From positions 21,266,001 to 21,330,000 of the forward strand of contig NC_135260.1 of the NCBI RefSeq assembly GCF_964204865.1: a stretch of 64,000 nt of DNA, in the 5' to 3' direction. Below are positions 22,703 to 34,789 of the stretch, piece by piece. The notes under the pieces were generated by a model. That model did not search any database. It had not been told where the DNA came from and was given only the letters and a program-made list of their open reading frames with translations. This DNA is from Styela clava. Its lineage: Eukaryota. How positions within the stretch are numbered: position 1 is the first letter of the stretch; each line of letters starts with the position of its first letter. A program made the position numbers and the translations under genes.

Positions 22703-24480
22703 AAAAAAAAAAAATGATCCTACATAGACGGCTCAAAATGAAAATGTGCTGATGCCACCCTTTGTAATTTTTGTGTGTCCACTTTGTTTATTTTGTTTTT
22801 ATACTGATTTGGCCCTATGTTAAACCATCATGTCAGAGTACGACTTGTTAGTTTATACACTTTATAAAAAATCGATATGTATACACGAATTATGCATTGT
22901 CTCTTTTTAGCGTTCAAAAATGCAGATTTTATAGCCCGATGTTCATCTCAAAATGAGATTTTTTTTCGGAACTTTCTAAAGCGATTGTCTCATATCGCCA
23001 AAATTTGACATAGGCCACTGCAGTTTTGAGTCGTCGATGTGAGCAAACACTGGGGTCATAATTTTCATTATGATTTCTTTCTGTGAAATTTATTTCATTT
23101 TCTTTTGTTCATTGGTGATTGTGGATTAGTCTGCATCTTCGGTGATTGTTTATTGTGTTGCTGTTTATACCCTTATATAGCAACACAATTAGCGATCACC
23201 GAAAATGCAGATGCGCTCACGCTTGAGTGTTTTTGAAGTTCTTTTCCAAGAAAAATTTGGTATATTTAATTTCTGCTTTTTTGGTAAATGCATGGGTAAC
23301 TTAAGAAAGTTGAAATGGGGCTGTGGGAATTGGAGAGGAAACCAATAACTCACTTTTTGGTGACTCTATCGAGTTGTAAACTTGACTCAAAAAAGAGCCA
23401 TCGCAAATGATCTTGACGACTCTATCAAGGGATAAATTTGACTCAAAAAAGAGTCATCACATGACTCTTGACGACTCTATTGAAGCGGAAATTTGACTCG
23501 AAAAAGAGTCATTGTGCGTGACTCTTTTGACGACTCAATCAAGGGATAAATTTGACTCAAAGAAGAGTCATGTGCGTGACTCAAGTAAAGAGTCAAATAT
23601 TTCTTGACTCTTTGAAAGAGTAGGAGGCTCGTTGAGTCAAATTTAAGTCAATATTTTTTAGAGTGTAAAGTCATTTAAATCCATAAGTGATATTGAATTT
23701 GTCTCTTCAAACATCAACCTATCGAAATGCCAAAGTGTATGCACTACCAGCAAAAATTTAGAAAAGATCGTCTTAAGGAATCAGCCTTTAAGGCAGGGGT
23801 TCCCAAACTTATTTGGCCGCGGGCCAAAATTTCAAGGCGAGGATACTCGCGGGCCAGTAAAGCAGAATGACCAAAGAAGCGCGACGTAAAGGCTGGGGTT
23901 CAGGGCGCGCTTAAGCGGCCTGAGAAAATTTTGAAAAATAGGCACCAAAATAGGCTGCAAGATTGATTTTAGATACACCCAGTATCGCATGAAATAAACT
24001 TCATAAGTATAATAGTTTGGTGATAGAATACGCGAGGAATAACAAGCACGACTTTCAAAAAGGATTTGTAACTGATAGCGACTAATGAAGTTACTTGCTC
24101 ATCTGGAGTACGGCTTCGTATAAATGTCTACTCATATCAGGGTTGTCCAAAACGAATCGAATATTCGAATGTATTCGAATATCAAAGTATTCGAATACCT
24201 TTTCGGCTGATTTTCGAATAACTACGAATAGTAGCCACTTTTCGTCGTAAACGTGGTGTTTCGTTTTACTGGAATCTTCAAACGACTTTTTACGCTGTCT
24301 CACGTATTGTAATGACGATGAATTAGAATTGGCACTTTGATTGTTTATATTCTGTGTGACCGTACGTCGCATAGTGTTGCGACACATTTGCAGGTTTGCG
24401 TGGGTGGACATTGCCGACATTCGTCTACGAGGCTTCTAATTTACAAATTCATTTCCATTACGTCGAAAAATTGACAATTA

Positions 24481-24945
24481 CCGTATTTCCCGGCTAATAA
24501 GTCGCTTTTCTAGGCCACCAAGATAAAGTGATTTGTGACCCTTTCGTTTTGCCGATTCAGCAGAACACGACAAGAAAACACAGCTGTGAAATAACCCGTG
24601 GACGTACAGTGTATTACTTCCAAAATCTTCACAGTGTATTACTTCACATTCCAAAATTATTTCAACATTCGGGTTAAAAGGTTGTCCAAAATGATTGCCG
24701 CTTTACTAATTAAATTTACCGCTCAATTGTTAAAAATAGTTAATTCTGTGAGTATGATTCTACCAAACTAACATGATCTGGTTCTAAACATTTAAAATTA
24801 TTAGCGCATATCAGCATAACTGAACAACAGGGACACAATTTTTCTACCCGTCTTATTGAAGGCCAAATGGAAAAACCCCTTTTTGGAGTGCTAAAAATAG
24901 ACATCGTCCTATTTGCCATGTGGACTTATTAGCCGGAAAATACGG
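24481..24945. mobile_element. pogo/Tc2-like MITE (duplicate copy 1)
   Basis: TIR CCGTATTTCCCGGCTAATAAGTC / GACTTATTAGCCGGAAAATACGG, TA TSD. Confidence 0.85.
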
Positions 24946-27461
24946 TATTTATAGCAGTCATTGTTACGATATCCAATAAATTGTCACAAGTTGGAAAAAC
25001 AAGTCGGTTTATTAGAAAATAATTTCTGATAACGATAGTTAAAAGTATCGATCCTTTACCAGGATGATTTTTTGTTGCGCAAAATAATCCAATCCATGAC
25101 TGGTACCAGCATTTAAAATGTCATGCCGTATTAATTTAATTCTGTTCAATGTAACTCGTGGTTGTATCGACAATCTGTGGACATAAAATGTGTGGTAAAC
25201 TGACCGATTTTATTAAAAATTGAATTCATATTTTATATTGATAAAATAATGGAAGTATTAATACCAAATACCACGGGCATTTGTGGACATGAAATACGTG
25301 GTAAATTGCCCAATTATAATTTCGGATTCGTATTTACAACATAATTAAACTATTATAATTCTAAAATGCAACGGCGATCTGTGATCTTAAAATGTGTGAG
25401 AAACTGCCCGATCCCATGGAAATACATTTATTGGATGTTGTACATCGTCATTAGTTGCTAGTTGTATTAAAGTTATATAAATTTAATTGGACCAGTAATT
25501 TATCATTTTTGGCTTCATACCGAATAATTATCTATACTAGTTAATTTTCAACTGTTAATAGATAAAAATAATATAATAAAGCTAAGTGTTTAGAATTCGG
25601 GAAGTTGTGCAATACTGCTTGTATTGTAACCCAGCAGTAGCATTTCCAATGCGGAGAGCCACGATCTTGAGTTAAGTATGGTAGTTTACACGCTATATTG
25701 TATACTAGTCTGATATTCATCTAAATATGAGCAATGCAATTACTCTCAATTGAGTCTTTTATTATAATTTCATTTTTTTAATCGAGTCGTAGCGATTACC
25801 ATATTCGTACTGAGAAAATTTTTGTTTGCGATGAATTTGACAGCGAATTCACATTGAATGCGTTTTAACTCTATTTCATAAGCGTTTGCTCTTTTGTCAG
25901 TACAGGGAGACCTCGGGTTATTTATTATAATTTCATTTTTTTAATCGAGTCGTAGCGATTACCATATTCGTACTGAGAAAATTTTTGTTGGCGATGAATT
26001 TTACAGCGAATTCACATTGAATGCGTTTAACTCTATTTCATAAGCGTTTGCTCTTTTGTCAGTACAGGGAGACCTCGGGTTATGACGGTCGCGACTTACG
26101 GAACGATGTTTCGAGGTTACAAACGCGCACTCCATAACGCTGTTTCGAGGTTACGAACGCAATTAACGAACATATACAGATATAAAAGATAATACTGTAC
26201 TGTAATATCTAAGCCTATAAACTGGATCATTGTGATCAAGAAAATCAGTGCTCTGGGCTCATTGGTTTTCGTTATAGCTAATTTCTCCAAATTCATGAAT
26301 TGGATCGATATAGGGCCCGTTGTAACCAAAAATATAATTGAATCGATAAAATATGGTAATTAGTATTCCAAACCCGAATCGATAATCCTAATGGAATCGA
26401 TATCACCATACGCACATACGTATAAGTATTTGGAGTCAAGTCGTCTGTATCAGTGTCGTTTCGCCATGTCTCTTCATCGTTTGTTCTCTGTGTATAACTA
26501 CAATATATTTACTCATCCACAACGTTCAATGTGTTCTTTGTGTGCTAAACTATTACGATTATGAACGAATAATCACTAAGCTTCAGTCACATGGTACCAG
26601 GGCTGCCACTCTAGATATTTTATATCTAGATCTAGATATTTTTTTCAAGATCTAGATGTAAAATTTGGAGCCTAGATGTTAGCTATAAAATCTAGATATT
26701 CAAGGTTCGAAGTATTATTCAGTGGGAAATAAATAAATAGATGTGTATAATACTGTGATAGGTGAATTTATATTATTTCATTATTTAGAAGAATTGATGT
26801 AAGATTGATAAAACTCAGTTATATTGTATTCGTCCACCGCTACCATATGTAATTAATATATTTAAATAACAAATTAAACATGTGACGTTTTAATTAACGT
26901 TAAATAGAAAGGACGACGTTGGTTCGATGAGTCAGCGCTTAGTATTGCATTGTTGCCAAGGCTGAAAGGGGTGAGAATAACTTGTGTTGTAAAGTCATTT
27001 AAATCCATAAGTGATATTGAATTTGTCTCTTCAAACATCAACCTATCGAAATGCCAAAGTGTATGCACTACCAGCAAAAATTTAGAAAAGATCGTCTTAA
27101 GGAATCAGCCTTTAAGGCAGGGGTTCCCAAACTTATTTGGCCGCGGGCCAAAATTTCAAGGCGAGGATAATCGCGGGCCAGTAAAGCAGAATGACCAAAG
27201 AAGCGCGACGTAAAGGCTGGGGTTCAGGGCGCGCTTAAGCGGCCTGAGAAAATTTTGAAAAATAGGCACCAAAATAGGCTGCAAGATTGATTTTAGATAC
27301 ACCCAGTATCGCATGAAATAAACTTCATAAGTATAATAGTTTGGTGATAGAATACGCGAGGAATAACAAGCACGACTTTCAAAAAGGATTTGTAACTGAT
27401 AGCGACTAATGAAGTTACTTGCTCATCTGGAGTACGGCTTCGTATAAATGTCTACTCATAT

Positions 27462-29685
27462 CAGGGTTGTCCAAAACGAATCGAATATTCGAATATCAAA
27501 GTATTCGAATACCTTTTCGGCTGATTTTCGAATAACTACGAATAGTAGCCACTTTTCGTCGTAAACGTGGTGTTTCGTTTTACTGGAATCTTCAAACGAC
27601 TTTTTACGCTGTCTCACGTATTGTAATGACGATGAATTAGAATTGGCACTTTGATTGTTTATATTCTGTGTGACCGTACGTCGCATAGTGTTGCGACACA
27701 TTTGCAGGTTTGCGTGGGTGGACATTGCCGACATTCGTCTACGAGGCTTCTAATTTACAAATTCATTTCCATTACGTCGAAAAATTGACAATTACCGTAT
27801 TTCCCGGCTAATAAGTCGCTTTTCTAGGCCACCAAGATAAAGTGATTTGTGACCCTTTCGTTTTGCCGATTCAGCAGAACACGACAAGAAAACACAGCTG
27901 TGAAATAACCCGTGGACGTACAGTGTATTACTTCCAAAATCTTCACAGTGTATTACTTCACATTCCAAAATTATTTCAACATTCGGGTTAAAAGGTTGTC
28001 CAAAATGATTGCCGCTTTACTAATTAAATTTACCGCTCAATTGTTAAAAATAGTTAATTCTGTGAGTATGATTCTACCAAACTAACATGATCTGGTTCTA
28101 AACATTTAAAATTATTAGCGCATATCAGCATAACTGAACAACAGGGACACAATTTTTCTACCCGTCTTATTGAAGGCCAAATGGAAAAACCCCTTTTTGG
28201 AGTGCTAAAAATAGACATCGTCCTATTTGCCATGTGGACTTATTAGCCGGAAAATACGGTATTTATAGCAGTCATTGTTACGATATCCAATAAATTGTCA
28301 CAAGTTGGAAAAACAAGTCGGTTTATTAGAAAATAATTTCTGATAACGATAGTTAAAAGTATCGATCCTTTACCAGGATGATTTTTTGTTGCGCAAAATA
28401 ATCCAATCCATGACTGGTACCAGCATTTAAAATGTCATGCCGTATTAATTTAATTCTGTTCAATGTAACTCGTGGTTGTATCGACAATCTGTGGACATAA
28501 AATGTGTGGTAAACTGACCGATTTTATTAAAAATTGAATTCATATTTTATATTGATAAAATAATGGAAGTATTAATACCAAATACCACGGGCATTTGTGG
28601 ACATGAAATACGTGGTAAATTGCCCAATTATAATTTCGGATTCGTATTTACAACATAATTAAACTATTATAATTCTAAAATGCAACGGCGATCTGTGATC
28701 TTAAAATGTGTGAGAAACTGCCCGATTTACCAACATTTGAGTTATGATAATAGAATTAAATTAACACGGTAAGGCATTTTAAATAGTGGTATCGGTCATG
28801 GATTCGAATATTTTGCGCAGCACAAAATCATCCTAGTAAAAAGTCCATACTTTTAAATACAAACCAATGGCAACCATCATCCAAATTAGTTCCCAAGAGC
28901 GGGATAAAATATAAATTCTTTTTCTGACGTGTGACAATTATTCGTGAGTACGAAAATAAGAATAAAAAACTAATTATATTCGGCACAATATCACCGCAAT
29001 CTGTGGACATAAATTGTGTGGCAAACTCGCGATTAATATTAATTTTTGATTCCTATTTCCGTATTCACAAAATACAACGGCGATCTGTGGACTTGGAATG
29101 TGTGGTAAACTACCCGATTATAAATAATTTTTGATTCCTATTTTCATATTTATAAAATAATAAAAGTATTATTACTCAAACATACAACGGCGATCTTCGG
29201 ACCTCAAATGTGTGGTAAAGTTCCCGAATATAAATAATTTTTGATTCATATTTTTGTACTCGCGAAAAAATTGTCACAAGTCGGAAAAATAACTCATACT
29301 TTATCCCGCTTTTTGGCAAATAATTTGGATAATGGTTGATATTTGAAAGTATGGGCGTTTTACTAGGATGATTTTGTGTTGCGCAAATATTCAAATCCAT
29401 CATCGATACCACTATTGCCGTATTATTTTAATTCTGGTGACATGACTCATGGTATATAAAATATATACTGCAATAATCTGCAAATATGAAATGCCTGGTA
29501 ATATAGCTAGGTTGTAACCTGTAGATAGCAGTTATTCCATTGCTTATTGTATGGAAATTCCTACATACATTTAGATAAGCTTCAATTAACGGATTTTATT
29601 TTCGAAGTATTCGAAATTTCATATTCGGAAAAAATAATTTCGAATGTATTCGAAATAGTGAACTATTCGGTTTTGGCCATCCCTG
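27462..29685. mobile_element. Non-autonomous hAT-like element with TTCGAAT subterminal repeats (left end also at 24138)
   Basis: CAGGGTTGTCCAAAAC / GTTTTGGCCATCCCTG inverted ends; TSD not cleanly recoverable. Confidence 0.65.
27795..28259. mobile_element. pogo/Tc2-like MITE (duplicate copy 2), innermost element of the nest
   Basis: Same TIR and TA TSD as 24481-24945. Confidence 0.85.
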
Positions 29686-30045
29686 AACTGTCTCATATCA
29701 TAGTCAAGTTTATTTTTTCCATCCAGTAAAAATAACAAACGAAATTATGAAAAAAGTAAAATTGACACACATTTTCCTGGGAAGGGAAATCGCTGGGAAC
29801 TGATTATCAGGCAGCGACACCCAAGGTTTGATATTTAATTAAATTTGTAGTTGAAGTTTATAAAACACTGTTATCTCTGGTGAGTATGGTTTTTGCAGTT
29901 ACCAGTTGTGCAGTACTACCAAGGTTGAGATTGACCCCAGAGATAAGAGATGACCTCAGATAGCGACTCATGTTTTTTTTTTGTTAAACAAAAAAAACGT
30001 CTCAATGTATATGAATATTAAAAAAAAACGAATAGTCAACATAAT

Positions 30046-31791
30046 TTACTTGTGCATTTTTGTAGATACGTGTAATTGGGGTTTGCTCGAAATCAGATGT
30101 TCAAAACGTGTCTCCAATTTGTAACATTGTATTCGCAATACCGCACTCAAGTGATTATCTGTCAGTCTGGACCGTAGTTTAGATTTGTTAAGGTTCATGA
30201 CTGAAAACATTTGCTCACAGATGTATGTGGATCCAAACAAGCAAGCCATTCTTTTGGCATGTGACAGTAAGTTGGGATATTTTCTGCCACTCAAACTTTG
30301 ATAAAAATTAATAATGCTGTCATTATTAAATTTCTGTTTTGCTGCTGAATCTTCTTGCAAATCAATACTTTCAAATTGCAAGCAGGCATCGACCACTTCT
30401 ACATCACAATCGAATGGTGACGCAAACAACTTCAACTCGGCAGAGTAAGTTCTGAAGTCAGCAAAGCGACGAGAAAATTCCTCCAGTAGTTGCCTCTTCT
30501 TGTTCTTCCAAAAAACTTGAACATGTTTTTAGATGAGTCAATTTTCGTTCTCGAAGGTGCGTTTTATTCAAAGCTAGTTTACGTTCAGTAGACCGAACAT
30601 CGTCGAACATTTCTGCAGCTAATTTGTTTCAGCCTTGAAGCTTCAAATTTAAAGAATTCATTACCCCGTTTATATCCACCAGGAAGGCCAAATCACATAG
30701 CCACACAACATCTTGGAAATCAGAGATAACCTTATTTTTTCCTCTACAAAATTCGTCAATTTCACGGCGAAATTGGAAAAATCTCTCCAAAGTTGCTCCA
30801 GTGCTTAGCCAGCGAACCGCGGTGAAATATATAACATCTTCATAATCGGAATTGATACTTTCCAGAAAGTATCTAAATTGGCGGTGATTAAGCCCCCGAC
30901 TTCGAATGAAATTAACCAAAATAACAACAATATCCATCACATGTTTCATTTGCAATATGTGCATGATCAAGGCCTCCTGGTGTATGATGCAGTGGTAAGT
31001 AATCAACTGATTGAAACAAATAACTTTTTCCTTCAGTAATGCCGTGACGCCCGATCGGCGCACAATCATTGAAGGAGCACCATCTGAGGTGACGCCAACC
31101 AACTTTTCCCAAGATATGTTATGTTCGTTAATTGCATTACAAACCGCATCAAATACATCCACGCCACGTGTTGATCCTGAAGCTTTTTAGCGCCAACATT
31201 TCCTCGTGCAAATCAAAAGAATCAGTTATACCGCGGACAAATATTACTAACTGTGCAGTATCAGTCAAATCTGTGCTTTCATCGAGTGCTATGGACAAAT
31301 GAGAAAAGCTTTTCAGCAAATCAGTGAGCTGGACATTCAAATCCTCTCCAATATCCTCAATTCTTCTAGTAATTGTGTTGTTAGAAAGACTGATGCTGGA
31401 AAACTTACTTTTTACTTTTTATTTCATCATTGTTGCATCATGCATTCACGGAAAAATTCACCTTCAACAAACGGACGATTCTTTTTAGCGATGTTGTGGG
31501 CAACAATATAACTGGCCAATGACGTGGATTCACTTTCATTTGACATTTTTTTAAACATGTTTGTTTGACTTTTGTAAGAATCTAACAATGAATTAAATTT
31601 TGAAATACGCCGCTCACCCGTCAAATGATCATAATTTGAAGAATGTTTCGTCTCATAATGGCGCTTGATGTTGTATTCTTTCAGAACAGGAATAGTTTGT
31701 TGACAAAGAAGACAAATCGCTGAAGTTAGGAACGCTGCCAAACATCCAAAAAACGCCTGTTTTCAGTGTCTAGGTTTCGTTTTTGTGACAT
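30046..31791 (-). pseudogene. Frameshifted hAT transposase (SPIN/GTF2IRD2-like)
   Basis: Fragments in order: ICLLCQQTIPVLKEYNIKRHYETKH (BED-like finger), SIALDESTD, VTSDGAPSM, HCIIHQE, VRWLS, FGSTYICEQMFS (hAT dimerisation); several frameshifts and stops. Confidence 0.92.
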
Positions 31792-33864
31792 CTTCAAGCT
31801 TTCTTAATATAGGGCTGATACGTGATACCTAAAAGACTGCCGTACGCAATCCTAATACAGGTACGTAAGTTAAGATACCGGTATAATTGAATTGTTACGA
31901 ATTACACGTGCTTAAATTGTGATAATGACGTAACAATTGGCGGCATCTACGACGTAAAAGGGTGAACACATTTAAATTGTTAAACGTGCTAGTATTTATT
32001 CACAGTTATAGTTTCACTAATGTTCGGCGGGCCATTTGAAATCGTCTCGCGGCCGTAATTGGCCCGCGGGCCGCGGTTTGGGAACCCCTGCTTTAAGGAA
32101 TGAATTGCCCATTCAGATGATAAGAACAAAGCCCTTTGTAAGTTCTACAGGTGGGAATTGAATTTGAATTCTAGGTTATGTTAGCTTCTTCGAGATCCAA
32201 TATTACTGTATTATGTAATACAATAAACTTTGTATGCTCCTGTTTTGTTAATTTTCATTAAATTCAATGACTTCATATCTAGAGGTATTCTTCTAGATGT
32301 TTTATTTTTCAATCTAGATGTTTTTAGTCAGGCAAAAGTAGCAGCCCTGCATAGTACAGTACAGTATTGTGCACAGTTCCAGTGATACAGTACTGTACAC
32401 AGTTTCAGTGATACTGTACTGTACGTCATTTTGGTTGTTTAAGCCGGTTTTTTCGTAACTTGTTTGATCGTTTTTTTTTACTTTTGTCCTTTGTTGTGGA
32501 CTCATTTTTTTTTTTTAATTTTTTTAATGTTAGTGCATCAAGGTTTGCTTTTATTCACGTGAAGTGGAATTGTTTTCTGTTTTTCTAATAAAGTTCTTAT
32601 TTGCATTATTTGTACATTTTATAATATAATAATTTAATATAATATAATTTAATAATATAATTTAATAATATAATTTATAATAATAATATAATACAATACA
32701 GTACGATGTGTAGCCTATGGAGTAATTCATGCACTGTACCACTGTATGTTCCGACTTGAAATTCGGGGAACTGCGTCGTAAGTCGAGGACTCCCTGTATC
32801 GGTATTTTAGTTACAATAAAACTATTTCACCTAAAAAAGAAACATCATGACTGGGAACTGAAATTATTTACTTTTGAATTGTTACAAAGCCAGAACAACA
32901 TGGTTTGACAAATTTTAGTAAATTCAGAAATATGTGTGTTAAATATAGGTATCTCAAATAAGGAAAACGTAATTCCTGGGATGAAGATCAAATGTGGTGA
33001 TTGTTGACAAAAGATTGCACCTGTAAGAGAGCGTTGCCAAAACTAAGTAGTACGGGTATGCAATCTGTCACAGTAGACCAGTGGTTCCAAACCGCTGGTC
33101 CGCGGACCAGTGCCGATCCGCGAAGCTTTTTTGTCGGTCCGCGAGGAATTATGTTGTTTTTCTACCGTCTCGATCGCAGACGAAGTTTCAGAAACCTAAA
33201 CATCGACACGCGTGCTTTTCACGCGTTCTGCATGCTTTTCCTAATTAATATGGCCATCTAAATAAAAGCTTATGCATATTTCTTCGTTTAAACCAGAAAA
33301 CAGTCAGGAACAGTATAGGGCTTCGCCATCAAGTAAGATGTGAACTTGTTGCGACCCTGCAGGTGGTCACGAGACGCACAACAAATGGATTCTATATTGG
33401 ATGTGTTTTATCTAAGTTAGTCATCTACTCTAACATATTTCAAATACATATGGCATTGCGAAAATGAATTAATAAAACATATTTTCAATTAGGTGCAATT
33501 TGTGTAGATAAATCTTTAGTTATATTCCTTTCTACAAAATTGTTTAAAATACACACGCGTGGAGTACAAATAAAATATAGTACGTCTCTCCGCCATCTAA
33601 TCCATGTCGCTTTTTTCTCTAAATTTGTATTGTAACGTTCATTCTCAATGCAGTTACTAGTAGCGATTTCACTCAAAAATATTGACGAGATCAATGTCAG
33701 CCTGAGAAAGAAAGGAAAGGTAGCAAAGCAAATTAATTGTGATAGTAAGTTCTATAACCAATTCAAATTTTTGTTCTTGCTCATTTTAATATCTATCTTA
33801 TAAGCCTAGTTGGAAACCTATTGACAATAGGCTCACCAATCAATAATTTTATGTGGTTCAGTAG

Positions 33865-34299
33865 CAAATTTTAGAAAATGGAAGTACTCGTTCGTGGAAT
33901 CACTCTAAAATTGCAAATATCGCATTTGTTTCTTCATGTATCCTCGATCCCGGTTATTAGCTAATTGAAGCTAACCGTTTATGGACTAAATAACTTGTTG
34001 TTATTTCGCCATACTTGTTTGTCACCGGATGCCTCAATTCCCCACTTGCTTCTGTCCGGTGAGTGATTATATATAACTTGAAATAGTATTCTCCGAATCA
34101 CTCACCGGACAGAAGCAAGTGGGGCATTGAGGCATCCGGTGACAAACAAGTATGGCGAAATAACAACAAGTTAGTTAGTCCATAAACGGTTAGCTTCAAT
34201 TAGCTAATAACCGGGATCGAGGATACATGAAGAAACAAATGCGATATTTGCAATTTTAGAGTGAATCCACGAACGAGTACCTCCATTTTCTAAAATTTG
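33865..34299. repeat. Long inverted repeat with 204-bp arms and a 27-bp spacer
   Basis: 33865-34068 is the reverse complement of 34096-34299, with about 4-5 substitutions. Confidence 0.93.
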
Positions 34300-34482
34300 T
34301 TATATATAGTTATATATAGTCATTCTAACTCTACACTTTACGGAATGCCCACCTTGACAAAACTTGCTCGAAATATTAGAAAGCGGTACTCTGGCTAAGT
34401 CTAGACCAGACCAAGTACGGTCCGTGGGTGTTGGGAAATACAATTTGTGATAACTTGGAAATGCAACTCAATGTATCTATTG

Positions 34483-34778
34483 TTGGACACATTTAGTGGC
34501 TATAACGATCGTTTCAATATTATGTTGTTCTCGTTCTTTGACACGTTTTTAAAAAATCGCTTTTCTCATTCCGTCTAAAATTTTGCTGTATTATTTTTTA
34601 TCCATGGGAACACGGATTTTAGTCAGTGTCATGACTGGCTGTACGTTTTGATTCTGCAAAATTCTTGCTACTGGAAATTCAGAACTTTTTTGAGGGTACC
34701 GGTAGCGTCAAAGGTACCGGTAAAGACTGATTCGCTCTGGTCTAACGTGTCCATATATTTGTGCGTAGCTCTCTTGTT
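34483..34778. mobile_element. Dispersed short element, Helentron-associated (HINE/DINE-1)-like
   Basis: TTGGACAC...ACGTGTCCATATATTTG...CTCTTGTT shared with 46973-47210; sub-terminal inverted GGACAC/GTGTCC and T-rich flanks. Confidence 0.45.
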
Positions 34779-34789
34779 ATGATAAAGCG

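Larger units (their letters stand above)
18859..23665 (+). mobile_element. CACTA/EnSpm-like non-autonomous element, 4807 bp, carrying a SAM-domain gene
   Basis: TIR CACTCTAAAAAA/TTTTTTAGAGTG; the TA duplication is shown by the empty site GTGTTG-TA-AAGTC at about 26990; subterminal TGACTC-A5-GAGTCA palindromic repeats (period about 57 bp) at 23360-23640 and related motifs at the left end. Confidence 0.9.
17280..28726. repeat. Near-identical 3.3-kb tandem segmental duplication (17280-25412, interrupted by the CACTA-like element; 25413-28726)
   Basis: CCCATGGAAATACATTTATTGG restarts at 25413; the ORF pairs 17985/26117 and 24091/27456 are identical or nearly so; very few differences, for example one 10-bp indel near 24171. 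Confidence 0.95.
27118..32090 (-). mobile_element. hAT-Charlie/Buster group element (left end also at 23794)
   Basis: Perfect TIR CAGGGGTTCCCAAAC / GTTTGGGAACCCCTG, perfect 8-bp TSD CTTTAAGG, GCGGGCC subterminal motifs, internal transposase relic. Confidence 0.93.
26598..32349. mobile_element. Non-autonomous hAT with TCTAGAT subterminal repeats (left end also at 18465)
   Basis: TIR CAGGGCTGCCACT / AGTAGCAGCCCTG; 8-bp TSD CATGGTAC/CATAGTAC with one mismatch. Confidence 0.8.
26065..32796. mobile_element. Tigger/pogo-like non-autonomous element, outermost shell of the nest (left end also at 17933)
   Basis: TA-CAGGGAGACCTCGGGTTATGACG vs the reverse complement of the right end, CAGGGAGTCCTCGACTTACGACG, followed by TA. 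Confidence 0.7.

Noticed and set aside
28480-29230. CRISPR-like repeat/spacer periodicity
   Set aside because: The cores are degenerate, the spacers are related and AT-rich, there are no cas genes, and the context is eukaryotic.
32620-32700. AT-rich low-complexity tracts (also 8875-8995)
   Set aside because: Simple sequence with no further structure.
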